Shown here: one piece after another, positions 62,071 to 64,000 of the stretch
Position numbering within the stretch: position 1 is the stretch's first letter
Layout: each line of letters begins with the position of its first letter
NCBI GenBank assembly: GCA_973895155.1
Contig: OZ316898.1
Coordinates: 2,207,927-2,271,926, forward strand
Reading direction: 5' to 3'
DNA length: 64,000 nt
DNA from: Marsupella aquatica
Taxonomy: Eukaryota > Plantae > Marchantiophyta
Notes under the pieces: model-generated
The model's input: the letters and a program-made list of their open reading frames with translations, nothing else
Told to the model about the DNA's origin: nothing
The model's database searches: none
Position numbers and translations under genes: made by a program

Positions 62071-62979
62071 CATGTGTATCACTAATTCTTATTGCCTTTA
62101 CACTAAGTACAAAAACATGGTAAAAGAGAGACACTCACGTCATGGACCCCAATCTAAAGTTTTCTCCCCAACCAACCTCACGAGGGTTTGGGTACATTGA
62201 TTTAAAGTCTATCAAGGATCTGGATCACTCATGGGCTCCATCAAAAAACACATTTTATTTTTGAGGTCCAGGAAAAAAATGTCTCTTAAACCTAGTGATG
62301 TTTCTAGAACAGCGCCATGCCCTATTTGGGTGAGTGAACAATTAAATACCATGACTTTACTCTCTTTACCTTAAAAATTGCTTGTTTGGTGATTTCTTAG
62401 TATGTATAAAAACCAAATTTTAGTTGGTTTTAGGTGGAAGTTAGGGAAGTCCCACAAAGATATTTTGGCCATAGATTTCCCCTTCTGGTGAATTAATGCA
62501 ATAACATCTTTTGCAGAAAAGGAGAGGGGCCTGAGCCCTCAATAACAACCCTCAGGAACAAACTCCGCCGGAAGAAGTAGCAAACCCACAGCCAACCCAA
62601 AACAGGCTGGATCCAACCAGAAAACCAACAAATTAGTAAGACCATGAAAATTTTGAACAACCACCAATTGGCAGCCATCTCAAAATTCCAGAGACTGGTT
62701 TTCCTACACTTCCTATGTAAAGACTGCCTTTGCTTGTAGTCTAACAACTAAATTTTCTTGGACTTACTGTTGCTGAACATTGGACCCACAATCATCCTGT
62801 ACCTGATACATGTAGGTGCAGATTCTCTGACTGAACCCCTTGTCTTTGCAGTCCTCATTTCCCTGGAGTGGCCCCTGTGTGGCGGCTGCATGAGCCATCT
62901 TCTTAATGCCTTCCACCCCCATCATTGCTGGTGGTAAGAGAGACCGGGCTGTCAATGTGCTCCCCGGGAAGCAACACCA

Positions 62980-63659
62980 TGTTAAGGATTGCTCTTAGTC
63001 TTGTGATTCATAGGTTACGACACTTAGGCTAACCACAGTCAGGGTCTTAGCTGAGGTTAGGTTAGTCGTGTGTGACCTTGTATATATCAGGGCTAGTGTA
63101 AGCCGTTGGTGTATGGTGCTTACTCATTGTAACGGAGTAACTTGAGGAAGAGGGAAAGCATGTGTGTTTGTCTACTCTTAAAGTAAAGCTTGAGTGTTCG
63201 TGTGGACGTAGCCTTAGAGAAGAATCAATCTATTCATTAAAAGTGAATTATTATTCAAGTTATGAACATTTGGGTAACAGAAAGTGTACATTTGGCCTTC
63301 AAAAAGTGTACAATTAGGCAAGAAACAAAGTTGATTACCATCAGATGTACCACCATGTTCATCATTTGTAAATAAACTAGGATGAGACTCCTTCTAGTCA
63401 AGATCATTTTTGTTATCTCAAGTTTACAATTGATCATTTAGGTGTAGAGTATTATACCATAGTGTACCTTTTGGGTTTAAAAAGTGTACATTTAGAGACC
63501 AAAAAGTGAACATTTAGAGGCCCAAAAGTGAACAAAATAAAATACACTTTTAATGAATAGGGTGATAAGAGGTGAACCACGTAGAGATTGTGTCGACTAA
63601 AGTGTGCATGGAATGAGTAATGATTGGATCGTCATGAAGGAAGACATCATAGTTCAACA
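62980..63659 (+). mobile_element. Solo LTR with intact TG..CA ends and 5-bp TSD, interrupted by a MITE
   Basis: TGTTAAG (62980) ... TTCAACA (63659), with CACCA on both flanks (62975-62979 and 63660-63664). About 333 bp once the insert is removed; homologous copies lie elsewhere in the window. Confidence 0.85.
63224..63566. mobile_element. 343-bp non-autonomous DNA transposon (MITE) with 4-bp TSD
   Basis: Left TIR ATCAATCTATTCATTAAAAGTGAATT; right TIR (reverse complement) ATCACCCTATTCATTAAAAGTGTATT. AAGA is duplicated at 63220-63223 and 63567-63570. The homologous LTR copy at ~5265-5290 lacks the insert. Confidence 0.8.
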
Positions 63660-64000
63660 CACCACCTTCAGTTGTTCAAGGGCAGCCCACAACTGATTTA
63701 ATTTCCTTCTTAGCAGATTTGCACACATCGAACATGGATTTCAGGTGGGATTCCATTTGGCTGAGAACCACCCATTCGGGGAGTCTCCCAAGAATATATG
63801 AGGAAATGGCTGTGTTTCTCTCTTTCTAAATGCTGGAGCACATTTCCATCAGCAAAATCAGAGACCCAGGTTTCCACTTGTGTTTGAGGATAGCACTGGT
63901 GATGGCCTTGTACACGGAATGGAAGGGTGTTGAAAAGGTTGAGGAACCCTGCACCAGCTGCTCTCTCCACCTCCCTGTCACTTTAGTACAGCTACATAAC

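Noticed and set aside
62764-63970. Transposase remnant interrupted by the solo LTR
   Set aside because: Joining the flanks gives only short frames with a vague Cys/His pattern and no diagnostic motif.

Overview
Eukaryotic, intron-rich land-plant genomic DNA, not prokaryotic. A bryophyte, most likely a liverwort, is inferred from the alpha/beta-hydrolase-NB-ARC-LRR gene. I assembled spliced gene models by hand from GT..AG sites and frame continuity. Six apparently intact genes: a MEE59-like protein (+), a plastid DnaJ-like zinc-finger membrane protein (+), mitochondrial-type ribosomal protein bS21 (-), a hydrolase-NLR immune receptor with a putative N-terminal membrane anchor (-), ABC1K1/PGR6 kinase (-), and a conserved uncharacterised protein with a DDxxD motif (+). 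Two pseudogenes: an ORC1 N-terminal BAH-PHD copy and an orphan last exon of pirin. Intergenic DNA holds a short solo-LTR family, MITEs (one nested in a solo LTR), a tRNA-derived SINE-like head, many minisatellites and a diverged duplicate of the DnaJ-like gene's promoter and first exon. The most interesting locus is the hydrolase-NLR: candidate membrane anchor, intact Ser and His catalytic motifs, VHE instead of MHD, uORFs, a 3x3 LRR super-repeat, and a stop codon supplied by a repeat. No database searches could be run, so all family assignments come from motif recognition.
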